Assembly: GCA_044227505.1 (NCBI GenBank)
Contig: JBGAWP010000007.1
Coordinates: 11,621 to 75,620, forward strand
DNA from: Chitinophagales bacterium
GTDB taxonomy: Bacteria > Bacteroidota > Bacteroidia > Chitinophagales > BACL12
Length of the DNA: 64,000 nt
Direction of reading: 5' to 3'
Under the pieces are notes generated by a model, which saw only the letters and a program-made list of their open reading frames with translations, was not told the DNA's origin and searched no databases. Positions 11,610 through 19,718 of the stretch are shown here, piece after piece. Position 1 is the stretch's first letter; each line of letters starts with the position of its first letter. A program made the position numbers and the translations under genes.

Positions 11610-11966
11610 ATGAATGCTGAAGAGTTGAAGTTGCGAACTAAGCAGTTTGCAATTAATATCATAAAGTTCTTTGATTCTGTGAGTAGTGATTCCAAAAGTT
11701 TGAGAATAATTTCAAACCAATTGATCAGATCTGCTACTTCCATTGCTGCTAATTATAGAGCAGCCTGCAGGAGTAGATCTAAAGCTGAGTTTATTTCTAA
11801 AATAAAAATAGTAGAAGAAGAATCAGATGAAAGTCAATTTTGGATTGAACTACTTATTGAAAGTGGAATTGTGAGAAAAGAAAAAATAGAGTTCCTGTTA
11901 ATTGAAGCAACGCACTTAACAAAAATTTTTTCCGCCTCAGCCAAAACCGCTAAAACAAACAAATAA
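11610..11966 (+). CDS. Four-helix-bundle protein (23S rRNA intervening-sequence protein / Avd-like family)
   Basis: 118 aa. The segment SNQLIRSATSIAANYRAACRSRSKAEFISKIKIVEEESDESQFWIELL is typical of this family. Confidence 0.8.
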   Translation: MNAEELKLRTKQFAINIIKFFDSVSSDSKSLRIISNQLIRSATSIAANYRAACRSRSKAEFISKIKIVEEESDESQFWIELLIESGIVRKEKIEFLLIEATHLTKIFSASAKTAKTNK

Positions 11967-11996
11967 ATGGATAAATGTTAATGGGAAAATAAATTC

Positions 11997-12054
11997 TCCG
12001 GTAATAGAAGAAGTATCATCCGGAGCAATCAATTACCAAATTGACAATTACCAA
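11997..12054. repeat. Direct duplicate of 12116-12172; contains a third copy of the terminal repeat at 12029-12054
   Basis: ccggtaatagaagaagtatcatccggagcaatcaattaccaaattgacaattaccaa compared with ccggtcataataaaattatcatcggggaaatcaattaccaaattgacaattaacaa. Confidence 0.8.
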
Positions 12055-12191
12055 ATTGAAAATAAATTGATTGCCAAATTGAAAATATCAAAATCATCAA
12101 CGGGTAATAAAAGTCACCGGTCATAATAAAATTATCATCGGGGAAATCAATTACCAAATTGACAATTAACAAACTAATAAATTCTAAAAAA

Positions 12192-13979
12192 ATGTATTTC
12201 GACGTACCTAAGGAACAATCATCCATCATAAAAGTAATCGGTGTCGGCGGCGGCGGTTCCAATGCAGTTAACCACATGTTCATGCAGGGAATTAAGGATG
12301 TAAACTTTGTGATCTGTAATACCGACCATCAGGCTTTGGAAATGAGTCCTGTTCCAAATAAAATTCAATTAGGGCCAAGCCTTACAAAAGGCCGTGGAGC
12401 TGGTTCGCATCCGAGTGTTGGCCAACAGGCCACGATGGAAAGTTTGCAGGAAATAAAAGCTTTACTTGAAAAAAATACCGAGATGGTTTTTATCACCGCA
12501 GGAATGGGTGGTGGAACCGGAACCGGTGGGGCGCCTGTAATTGCAAAACTTGCAAAGGAAATGGGAATTCTTACCATTGGTATTGTTACAGTTCCTTTCG
12601 GATTTGAAGGTAAAAGAAGAAAATCGCAGGCACATGAAGGTCTGGAAACTTTAAAACATTTTGTTGATGCAATTTTAATTGTTTCCAACGATAAATTGCG
12701 CGATATGTTCGGCAATCTTGCATGGAATGATGCATTTGCAAAAGCAGATGATATTTTAACAACTGCAGCAAAAGGTATCGCAGAAATTATTACTGTTCCA
12801 GGTTATGTGAATGTCGATTTTGAAGATGTAAAAACAGTATTACGCGATAGTGGATTGGCTATTATGGGTTCCGGTAGTGCAGAAGGTGAGGAAAGAGCAA
12901 TTAATGCTGTTAAAGATGCATTGGAATCTCCGTTATTAAATGATAATGATATTCGCGGTGCAAGAAATATATTATTAAATATTTCTTCCGGAGTTAAACC
13001 GGTATTGATGGATGAAATTGCTGAGATCACCGATTTTGTTCAGGAAGCTGCGGGTAATGATTGTGATATTATCTGGGGAAATTGCACCGACGAAACACTT
13101 GGTGATAAATTAATGGTAACCGTTATCGCAACCGGATTCGAAACCATTGAAGAACGCAGTCGCAGGGTAAAAGAAAGCACTTATAAAATAACGCATATCG
13201 ACACCAATGCATTATTAAATAAAATGCTTGAACCCACAACACATGAAAAAGAGGAAGATGTTGAAGTTAAGGAAAAGGAAGAATTTTCTATTCATTTAAA
13301 AAGTGAGAATAAACCGGAAGAAAAAAAGATCAGGAAAGAAGAAGATTCTAATCCGCGTCAGTTCAGTTTCGATTTTGATATGTTTGGAGTTCCCGATCTT
13401 AAGGTAGAGGAAGAGGTAGAAGAACTTGTAAATGAACAGGAACCAATTATTACCAGAGAAGAACCGATCACAGAAATTGTTGCGGAAGAAGAGGAATTCA
13501 CAATAATTAATGAGGAGCAAAACACGAACGAGATTGTTGCTGAAATTAAAACGGAAGAAATAATTGCAGAAATTCCGGAGGTGAAAATAGAGACTCCCGA
13601 GATTAAGGAAGAACCTTTTTTCGAAATAAAAAAAGAAACTCGTGAACCATTTATAGAACCTATAATAAACAAAAAGGAAATAAAACCGATCGAGCAAAAA
13701 TCAGAACCAAAATCTTTTATTACAAATGAAGATAAAATGGGATTGGTAAATAATCAGAGCAACGACAGGATCAATCGTTTAAAAAGTATGAGCATGAAAT
13801 TGGGAAATAACAATTTAGAAGAATTAGAAAAAGTTCCCGCATACTTACGCCGCAACGTAGACCTGGAAGAAACTCCTGATGCACGCGAGATCAATGTTTC
13901 CAAATACAATATCGTAGACGGCGAAAATGGTCCGGAATTAAAAAAGAATAATTCTTTTTTGCATGATAATGTTGACTAA
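12192..13979 (+). CDS. ftsZ: Cell division GTPase FtsZ with a long acidic linker
   Basis: GVGGGGSNAV and GGGTGTGGAPV tubulin signatures. ATG at 12192 gives MYFDVPKEQSSIIKVIGVGGGG; the track ORF opens at 12159 inside the repeat. C-terminal VPAYLRR peptide. Confidence 0.95.
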   Translation: MYFDVPKEQSSIIKVIGVGGGGSNAVNHMFMQGIKDVNFVICNTDHQALEMSPVPNKIQLGPSLTKGRGAGSHPSVGQQATMESLQEIKALLEKNTEMVFITAGMGGGTGTGGAPVIAKLAKEMGILTIGIVTVPFGFEGKRRKSQAHEGLETLKHFVDAILIVSNDKLRDMFGNLAWNDAFAKADDILTTAAKGIAEIITVPGYVNVDFEDVKTVLRDSGLAIMGSGSAEGEERAINAVKDALESPLLNDNDIRGARNILLNISSGVKPVLMDEIAEITDFVQEAAGNDCDIIWGNCTDETLGDKLMVTVIATGFETIEERSRRVKESTYKITHIDTNALLNKMLEPTTHEKEEDVEVKEKEEFSIHLKSENKPEEKKIRKEEDSNPRQFSFDFDMFGVPDLKVEEEVEELVNEQEPIITREEPITEIVAEEEEFTIINEEQNTNEIVAEIKTEEIIAEIPEVKIETPEIKEEPFFEIKKETREPFIEPIINKKEIKPIEQKSEPKSFITNEDKMGLVNNQSNDRINRLKSMSMKLGNNNLEELEKVPAYLRRNVDLEETPDAREINVSKYNIVDGENGPELKKNNSFLHDNVD

Positions 13980-14004
13980 ATAATGTTTTACAATACTATT
14001 AAAG

Positions 14005-14039
14005 AAGAGTTAGTTTAATTACTGACTCTTTTTTATTTT
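14005..14039 (+). terminator. Rho-independent terminator after ftsZ
   Basis: aagagttagt / actgactctt 10-bp stem (one G-T pair), ttaatt loop, followed by ttttatttt. Confidence 0.7.
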
Positions 14040-14056
14040 GGGCACCCCCTGTCGTG

Positions 14057-14096
14057 TCCCCACAGAGTTACGCGCAGCGAACTCTGTGGATTCGGA
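14057..14096. repeat. Hairpin repeat, copy 1 (ccacagagtt-N10-aactctgtgg)
   Basis: Near-identical 40-nt copy at 14211-14250. Perfect 10-bp stem. Confidence 0.85.
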
Positions 14097-14210
14097 ATAA
14101 TCTTCAACCAAAGGGCAAACTAATTGCAGTATTTATTTACCAATCATAATTCATCCTCCGAGGCCGCGAGTTCCTTCGGTAACTCTGCGGCGAAATTCAG
14201 TGGTGCCGTA

Positions 14211-14250
14211 TCCCCACAGAGTTACGTGCAGCGAACTCTGTGGATTCGAA
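14211..14250. repeat. Hairpin repeat, copy 2
   Basis: Differs from copy 1 by one loop base and its 3' flank. Confidence 0.85.
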
Positions 14251-14370
14251 GGTCTATTGTTCATGTTTTAATTGATACCATAATATTTTGCGTTGCAGGG
14301 TATCTTTAAATGTCTGCAGCGAAATTCGATATCTTTAATTTTTACATTAATCTCAATTCGGAGGGAAAAC

Positions 14371-14592
14371 GGGCCTCATCAGGTTGCTTTAATATCCCTT
14401 ATGTGCAGCCACAATTAGTAAACGTTCCGATGGTAGCAGAATTGAGCGAAAATAAGCGCCACCATTTGGAAAAGATGAATTAATATATTGAAATAAATTA
14501 TTAATTATTAGTTGAAATTTCATTTTACACGTGGCGCCTTTTTCGCTCCGGGTGGCAAACATTAGGGATATTTAAGCAGGCTGATGCAGCCC
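14371..14592. repeat. Long imperfect inverted repeat (MITE-like or structured-RNA-like, ~222 nt)
   Basis: Outer arms 14371-14399 and 14564-14592, inner arms 14444-14462 and 14531-14548, with an AT-rich centre. Confidence 0.6.
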
Positions 14593-14714
14593 TTGATTTT
14601 TGGTGCTACCTTTTGATCAAGCAAAAGGTAGCGAAACTTCATGGCGAGGATTATTTTCAATTAATTCGTAAACATTATTGTAAAAATTAATAATACTATG
14701 TTTACATTATTAAT

Positions 14715-15578
14715 TTATTTATTTAGAAACCTTTCAATCTCAGGCGCAGCAACAATACTCTTCTCCTCCAGCACAAAATGCCCCGCATCCTCATACCGTA
14801 TTACTTCAGCGTTAATAAATTTCTCTTCAAAACCAATTAAATATTTCTCCGTAATAAACTGATCCTTCATCCCCCAAATTAATAAGGCCGGTTTGGAAGA
14901 AATGTTATCTAATTTATTCCAGATACTTTCAAACCAATCCTGGTCCTTTAAAAGCGATTTTGCAAAGGCGACCGTTCCTTTTCTTTCTGATGATCTTGAA
15001 AATGGTTTTAAAAATTGTTGATGTATTTCCTTTGTTAACCGCGACCTTTCACCATAAGCTGCAGGTAAAATATATTTAGGAGAAAAATTGAATTGTTTAT
15101 ATAAAAATGGCAACAGCGGACTACCTAAAATTGCCTTCATTTTTTTAAATTCCGGTTCTGCACTTATGCTTTTACACCAGGTATTCAGAATGATAAGTTT
15201 ATGTATTTTTTCAGGATGTTCCACTGCATAATTCAATCCGATCGGTCCGCCGAAATCATGTACCAATAAATTAAAATTCTTGATCTGCAAGTGATCAATA
15301 AATTTTCCAAGTGTTGCTGAGTGGTTTTGTGTGCTGTAATCATAGTCAGAAGGTTTATCACTCAACCCAAAGCCAATATGGTCAGCAGCAATACAGCGAA
15401 ATTTTTTAGATAAAATTTTTATGGCATTGCGAAATTCAAAACTCCAGGAAGGAGTGCCATGCACAAATAAAAGTATATCTCCATTTCCCTCATCAATATA
15501 ATGCATTTTTGCTCCGTTCACCTCAAAGTATTTGTGTGCGAAGGGATATTCTTTAGTATCCAGCCAATCAATATTCAT
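14715..15578 (-). CDS. Alpha/beta-fold hydrolase (haloalkane dehalogenase / epoxide hydrolase-like)
   Basis: HGTPSWSFEFRN and VHDFGGPIG (Asp nucleophile elbow). 4-nt overlap with the upstream tetR-family gene. Confidence 0.8.
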   Translation of the reverse strand: MNIDWLDTKEYPFAHKYFEVNGAKMHYIDEGNGDILLFVHGTPSWSFEFRNAIKILSKKFRCIAADHIGFGLSDKPSDYDYSTQNHSATLGKFIDHLQIKNFNLLVHDFGGPIGLNYAVEHPEKIHKLIILNTWCKSISAEPEFKKMKAILGSPLLPFLYKQFNFSPKYILPAAYGERSRLTKEIHQQFLKPFSRSSERKGTVAFAKSLLKDQDWFESIWNKLDNISSKPALLIWGMKDQFITEKYLIGFEEKFINAEVIRYEDAGHFVLEEKSIVAAPEIERFLNK

Positions 15579-16120
15579 ATGGTATATTTTTGTATGAGAT
15601 GTTTTTTAATTTTTTTTAAAGGAAATGCATCCTCATTCATGAGGTAATGATTCACCAACCCATCAATGGTTGCGAAAAATATTTTTGCCTCCACTGCAGG
15701 ATTAGGATATTTCATTTTTTTGAAATTTTGAGTAAGTGTTGTCATTACAAGCTGTAAACTCGCATGATAAGTTTCATCAAGAAATTGTTTTACCGTATTC
15801 TGCATACGTATGGAATGAAACAATTTCCAATACTCTTTGTTCTCCTCTACCAGATCAAAAGTGGATTCAATATGTTTTGAAATAGCCTTTTTCGCATCTT
15901 TTTCATTTGTATAAGCTTCCATCGACAATCTGATAACTTCAAATCCCCGATTGAGAATTTCTTTCAGAAGATCGTCTTTCGACGAATAGAAATTATACAT
16001 AAGTCCCTGCGCAACCTCTGCCTTTCCGGCGATCATTGCAATAGAAGTTTTGTCGTAACCATGGGCTGCAAACAGCTGCAGGGCTACATCTGCGATATGT
16101 TCTTTTTGATTGGTCTTCAT
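15575..16120 (-). CDS. TetR/AcrR-family transcriptional regulator
   Basis: N-terminal HTH (IADVALQLFAAHGYDKTSIAMIAGKAEVAQGLMYNFY). ATG at 16120; the longer track ORF runs into repeat DNA. Confidence 0.85.
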   Translation of the reverse strand: MKTNQKEHIADVALQLFAAHGYDKTSIAMIAGKAEVAQGLMYNFYSSKDDLLKEILNRGFEVIRLSMEAYTNEKDAKKAISKHIESTFDLVEENKEYWKLFHSIRMQNTVKQFLDETYHASLQLVMTTLTQNFKKMKYPNPAVEAKIFFATIDGLVNHYLMNEDAFPLKKIKKHLIQKYTI

Positions 16121-16122
16121 AA

Positions 16123-16140
16123 TGAATGAACGTTCATTCA
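16123..16140 (-). promoter_or_regulatory. 18-bp perfect palindrome tgaatgaacgttcattca; candidate TetR operator
   Basis: Lies between the -7 box (16141-16148) and the tetR start codon (16120). Confidence 0.5.
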
Positions 16141-16148
16141 CAAAGGTA
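16141..16148 (-). promoter_or_regulatory. Bacteroidota-type -7 box TACCTTTG (TAnnTTTG) for the tetR-hydrolase operon
   Basis: Exact consensus match, with 20 nt between the motif and the ATG. Confidence 0.5.
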
Positions 16149-16189
16149 AACTGCAAATTTCGATTGTCCAAATGTGGCAAAATTGAGAC

Positions 16190-16275
16190 ACAGGGCACAA
16201 GACTGGACCTAGGAAATAGGACATATGACATAGGAAATAGGATCTGACCTAGGACAAGGGAAAGGGATTTAGGAC
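16190..16275. repeat. AGGAC/TAGGA short-period degenerate repeat arm
   Basis: ggacctaggaaataggacatatgacataggaaataggatctgacctaggacaaggg..., the complement of the GTCCT arms found elsewhere. Confidence 0.8.
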
Positions 16276-16282
16276 TATTTCG

Positions 16283-16438
16283 GCTTATTATATTAATTTA
16301 ATTTCTGATTGATAAATTAAGGTTTCGTTAAAACATTTTGGCGTGTAAGTCATTGCGAGAAATTACGCAGTAATTTCGAAGCAATCTCCCCAATGTTACC
16401 TTAATTTTCCAAAAGGTGAATTCCCAATGATGCCCTAA
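16283..16438. repeat. Dispersed intergenic element, copy A (~150-nt core)
   Basis: The inverted copy is at 55504-55655. The 43-mer at 16349-16391 differs at 2 positions from the complement of 55552-55594. Confidence 0.85.
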
Positions 16439-16719
16439 TTATTCAAAGGTGAATCTCGCTCCGGAACCTTTGGCACGTGAAAAACACCTGGCCACGGCGT
16501 TGCATTAAATTTTTATTCCCTCGAAAATTACTTCGTGTAACCTTCGTGACTTTGTGTCTTAGTGGCAAAAAAATATTAATTAGAAACTAAAATATCATTC
16601 CACAGAAAACTACTTACCGCATTCTTCCCGCAATTGCCGTCTTACCGGCTATTAACATCTATTTTATTTCCGGTATATATTCGAAATGCATTAAAAGCAG
16701 CCTTCGAGATAAAACTTTC

Positions 16720-17082
16720 CTAACTTTTTCCTTTTCCAATAATCCCCAAATGCGTATTATGAAAATTGTCCGGAAATTTTAAGCCATAACCAAATACTCT
16801 ATCCATACTACTATGCGCAAATAACAATAATCCCACGAACTGTAATTCGGGATTTGTGAGATAAATTCCAAGGAGATAAATTAGTATTCCGCTTAATTTG
16901 TGATGAAATAAATTATAGGTAAATGCTCCTGTTTTAGTATTGATCAAATATCCGAGCATACTAATATCGGGAGTTAACAAGAGCGCCCAAAAAACCCACC
17001 CTTTAAAATCCAATTGCCAATAAAACAAAAACACCGCTAATAAAAACATAGCCGCTTCTTCCAGTTTAATGAAATTTTTCAT
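16720..17082 (-). CDS. Small polytopic membrane protein (resembles the DUF4260 family)
   Basis: 120 aa with 3-4 TM helices. 1-nt gap to the upstream arginase-family gene. Confidence 0.6.
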   Translation of the reverse strand: MKNFIKLEEAAMFLLAVFLFYWQLDFKGWVFWALLLTPDISMLGYLINTKTGAFTYNLFHHKLSGILIYLLGIYLTNPELQFVGLLLFAHSSMDRVFGYGLKFPDNFHNTHLGIIGKGKS

Positions 17083-17083
17083 A

Positions 17084-18136
17084 TTAAATATTTTTAGTAT
17101 TCATCGCTTTGATGAAATCGGTGATGATATAGGCAATCAATTTCCCTGTTTTATTATCAACCTGTTTGTGTGCGAGAACAGGCGCACCTTCGGCTATGTG
17201 CAGATATGCAGCATTCAGATTTTCCGCACAAAACCAAACATATTTTCTTACATCCACGGGTAACATTCCGCTTGGAGTTCTTGCGCTTACCGGAACATTC
17301 TGAATGGAATCCAGATCTATTTCAATGCCAACGGCATTTTCATCGCCTCCAAAAAAATCGAAACAAGAACGCAAGGCATCGTAATAATTAATAGACTCTC
17401 TTACAAAAATATTATCGTAAGATTCATAAGCTAATCTGTTGGGATATTGCCGGAACATATCCATTGCAAAACTGATATTATAGGATTCATGTAATCCGAA
17501 AACCACATATTTATCTAAATAATTTTCCTCAAAAGCAAAAAGAAATCCATTGCCACTATGTCTCCCGTTCATTGGACGCATATCGCTGTGCGGATCACAA
17601 TTTATTACATGTATGGGTTTGGAATTATTTGCAACACTTACACCTTTTATAATTGGATACGCATTATTGTGTCCCCCGCCAATAACTATTGGAATCTTAC
17701 CTGCGGAGATAATATTTTTAATAACTTCTGCAACTCTTGCATCCACTTGCTCCACTAGTTTTCTGGCTTTAATTATATCAGCTTCCAATTTGTAATTTAA
17801 AGTGGATGCCATTTCCATCAGATCATCAAAATTTACATGCCCGAGAATTAATATTTCTTCCCCGGATAAAAATTGATTGCTTTGCATATTAATAAGAAAA
17901 TCCAAACTCGGTTTCCAAGCGGCATAAGCTCCTCCGCGACCATAATTTGCGCGAACACCGATGTCTTCCGGCAATCCTAAAACAACAAATTTTGCAGTGG
18001 AATTTTTAAGATCAGCAATCCAATTTTCAACATCCGATATTGTTTTTACAAGATCACCAATTTTTTTTTCTCCCTGTCTGTGACGAATACGAGAATTAAT
18101 TTCGTCACCACTATAAATTATTAATTGATCTTGCAT
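17084..18136 (-). CDS. Arginase-fold metallohydrolase (formimidoylglutamase-like)
   Basis: GGGHN, DPHSD and EIDLDS segments keep the His/Asp metal ligands of the arginase/agmatinase/HutG family. Confidence 0.75.
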   Translation of the reverse strand: MQDQLIIYSGDEINSRIRHRQGEKKIGDLVKTISDVENWIADLKNSTAKFVVLGLPEDIGVRANYGRGGAYAAWKPSLDFLINMQSNQFLSGEEILILGHVNFDDLMEMASTLNYKLEADIIKARKLVEQVDARVAEVIKNIISAGKIPIVIGGGHNNAYPIIKGVSVANNSKPIHVINCDPHSDMRPMNGRHSGNGFLFAFEENYLDKYVVFGLHESYNISFAMDMFRQYPNRLAYESYDNIFVRESINYYDALRSCFDFFGGDENAVGIEIDLDSIQNVPVSARTPSGMLPVDVRKYVWFCAENLNAAYLHIAEGAPVLAHKQVDNKTGKLIAYIITDFIKAMNTKNI

Positions 18137-18314
18137 TTGGAAATTTAATTATTTAAACCTGAATGTAGTATCAACTGTTGGTAATTACTCAACCCCATCC
18201 ATAGCGTTCCTTCGAAAGTAGGAGGATATATACCAATGATAACCGATATACCGGCTGTTCATTGGTACATTATTTTCATCGGTACATTGGTACATCATCC
18301 CATTGGTACATTCA

Positions 18315-19703
18315 TTACAAATGAATCACCTCCCCATATGCCGCCGCTGCTGCTTCCATCAACGCCTCACTCATAGTAGGATGTGGGTGAATGGATTTAA
18401 TTATTTCGTGTCCCGTTGTTTCTAATTTTCTTGCAACAACCACTTCCGCAATTAATTCCGTAACATTTGTACCTATCATATGTGCACCTAAAAATTCTCC
18501 GTATTTCGCATCAAAAATTACTTTCACAAATCCTTCGGGTGCACCTGCAGCTTTTGCTTTACCACTTGCAGTGAAGGGAAATTTTCCAACTTTAATTTCA
18601 TATCCTCCCGCAATTGCTGCAGCTTCCGTTAATCCAACGCTTGCAATTTCCGGTGAACAATAAGTACATCCCGGAATATTATTATAATCAATTCCTTCAG
18701 GTTTTAATCCTGCAATTGCTTCCACACAAGTAATTCCTTCAGCACTGGCAACATGCGCCAAGGCAGGTCCGGGAGTTACATCACCAATTGCATAATATCC
18801 ATCCACATTAGTTTTATAATATTTATCAACGGTAATTTTTCCTTTTTCAGTTTTTATTCCTGTTTCTTCTAAACCGATATTTTCAATATTTGCAACAACA
18901 CCGGCAGCACTTAAAACAATATCACATTCAATAATTTCTTCTCCTTTTGTTGTTTTAACTTTTACCTTACAACCCTCACCGGTAGTATCCACTGCTTCCA
19001 CACTTGCTTCGGTCATAATTTTAATTCCTTGTTTTTTAAAATTACGAGCGAGTTCTTTTGAAATTTCTTCATCTTCCACAGGAACCACGCGACTCATAAA
19101 TTCAACGATGGTAACTTCTGTTCCAATTGAATTATAGAAATAGGCAAATTCAACTCCAATGGCACCTGCTCCAACAACAACCATTTTTTTCGGTTGATTT
19201 GGTAAATTCATTGCCTCGCGATAACCGATCACTTTTTTGCCATCTTGTTTCATGGTTCCCAATTCTTTTGATCGGGCACCAGTTGCAATAATGATATGTT
19301 TTGCAGTATGAATTGTTTTAACACCTGCAGCATCTGTCACTTCAATATTTTTTCCGGGTTTCAATTTTCCGGTTCCTTGAATTACCTCGATTTTATTTTT
19401 TTTCATCAAAAAAGTAACCCCTTTGCTCATGCCATCAGCAACATCGCGGCTGCGTTTAACCATAGCAGGAAAATCTGCTTTCGGTTCTGCAGCAACAATA
19501 CCATATGCCGAAGCGTGTTTCATATACTCAAACACATTGGCACTTTTGAGCAATGCCTTGGTTGGGATACATCCCCAATTCAGGCAAATTCCGCCCAATT
19601 CTGCCTTTTCCACAATTGCCACCTTCATTCCCAATTGAGAAGCCCTGATCGCAGCCACATAGCCACCCGGACCGCTTCCCATTATTATTACGTCGTAGTT
19701 CAT
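18315..19703 (-). CDS. lpdA: Dihydrolipoyl dehydrogenase
   Basis: GSGPGGYVAA FAD loop, redox disulfide CLNWGCIPTK and HPHPTMSE. ATG at 19703; the upstream part of the track ORF is translated repeat DNA. Confidence 0.93.
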   Translation of the reverse strand: MNYDVIIMGSGPGGYVAAIRASQLGMKVAIVEKAELGGICLNWGCIPTKALLKSANVFEYMKHASAYGIVAAEPKADFPAMVKRSRDVADGMSKGVTFLMKKNKIEVIQGTGKLKPGKNIEVTDAAGVKTIHTAKHIIIATGARSKELGTMKQDGKKVIGYREAMNLPNQPKKMVVVGAGAIGVEFAYFYNSIGTEVTIVEFMSRVVPVEDEEISKELARNFKKQGIKIMTEASVEAVDTTGEGCKVKVKTTKGEEIIECDIVLSAAGVVANIENIGLEETGIKTEKGKITVDKYYKTNVDGYYAIGDVTPGPALAHVASAEGITCVEAIAGLKPEGIDYNNIPGCTYCSPEIASVGLTEAAAIAGGYEIKVGKFPFTASGKAKAAGAPEGFVKVIFDAKYGEFLGAHMIGTNVTELIAEVVVARKLETTGHEIIKSIHPHPTMSEALMEAAAAAYGEVIHL

Positions 19704-19718
19704 TTTTTGATTTTTTTG

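Larger units (their letters stand above)
11456..12172. mobile_element. Inverted-repeat-bounded cassette carrying the four-helix-bundle gene (insertion between ftsA and ftsZ)
   Basis: 26-bp termini at 11456-11481 and 12147-12172 are reverse complements (25/26). The cassette sits inside an otherwise compact operon. Mobility itself is an inference. Confidence 0.35.

Noticed and set aside
631-12771. Remaining short ORFs antisense to or nested in dcw genes (for example 631..813, 3993..4190, 5825..6145, 10007..10423, 11137..11508, 12365..12715)
   Set aside because: They lie fully inside confidently identified genes on the opposite strand or in another frame. They are typical shadow ORFs of AT-rich coding DNA.
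13296-13697. Antisense ORFs 13296..13697(-) and 13358..13672(-)
   Set aside because: They lie opposite the GAA/AAA-rich FtsZ linker. Their F/L/S-rich translations are typical shadow ORFs.
14124-14309. 61-aa ORF in the post-ftsZ spacer
   Set aside because: It spans the second hairpin repeat and has no coding features.
14355-14390. Resemblance of ggagggaaaacgggcctc to the RNase P RNA P4 region (GAGGAAAGUCCGGGC)
   Set aside because: The match is only partial. The surrounding sequence is a simple long inverted repeat and lacks the other conserved RNase P elements.
16121-16231. Longer tetR-family start at 16231
   Set aside because: The extension covers the operator palindrome, the -7 box and the AGGAC repeat arm. 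The HTH domain begins right after the ATG at 16120.
17084-18136. Possible inactive arginase-fold protein, because the GGDHS and DAHxD motifs read GGGHN and DPHSD
   Set aside because: The His and Asp metal ligands themselves are retained (H in GGGH, D-H-D in DPHSD, D-D in EIDLDS), so there is no evidence of inactivation.
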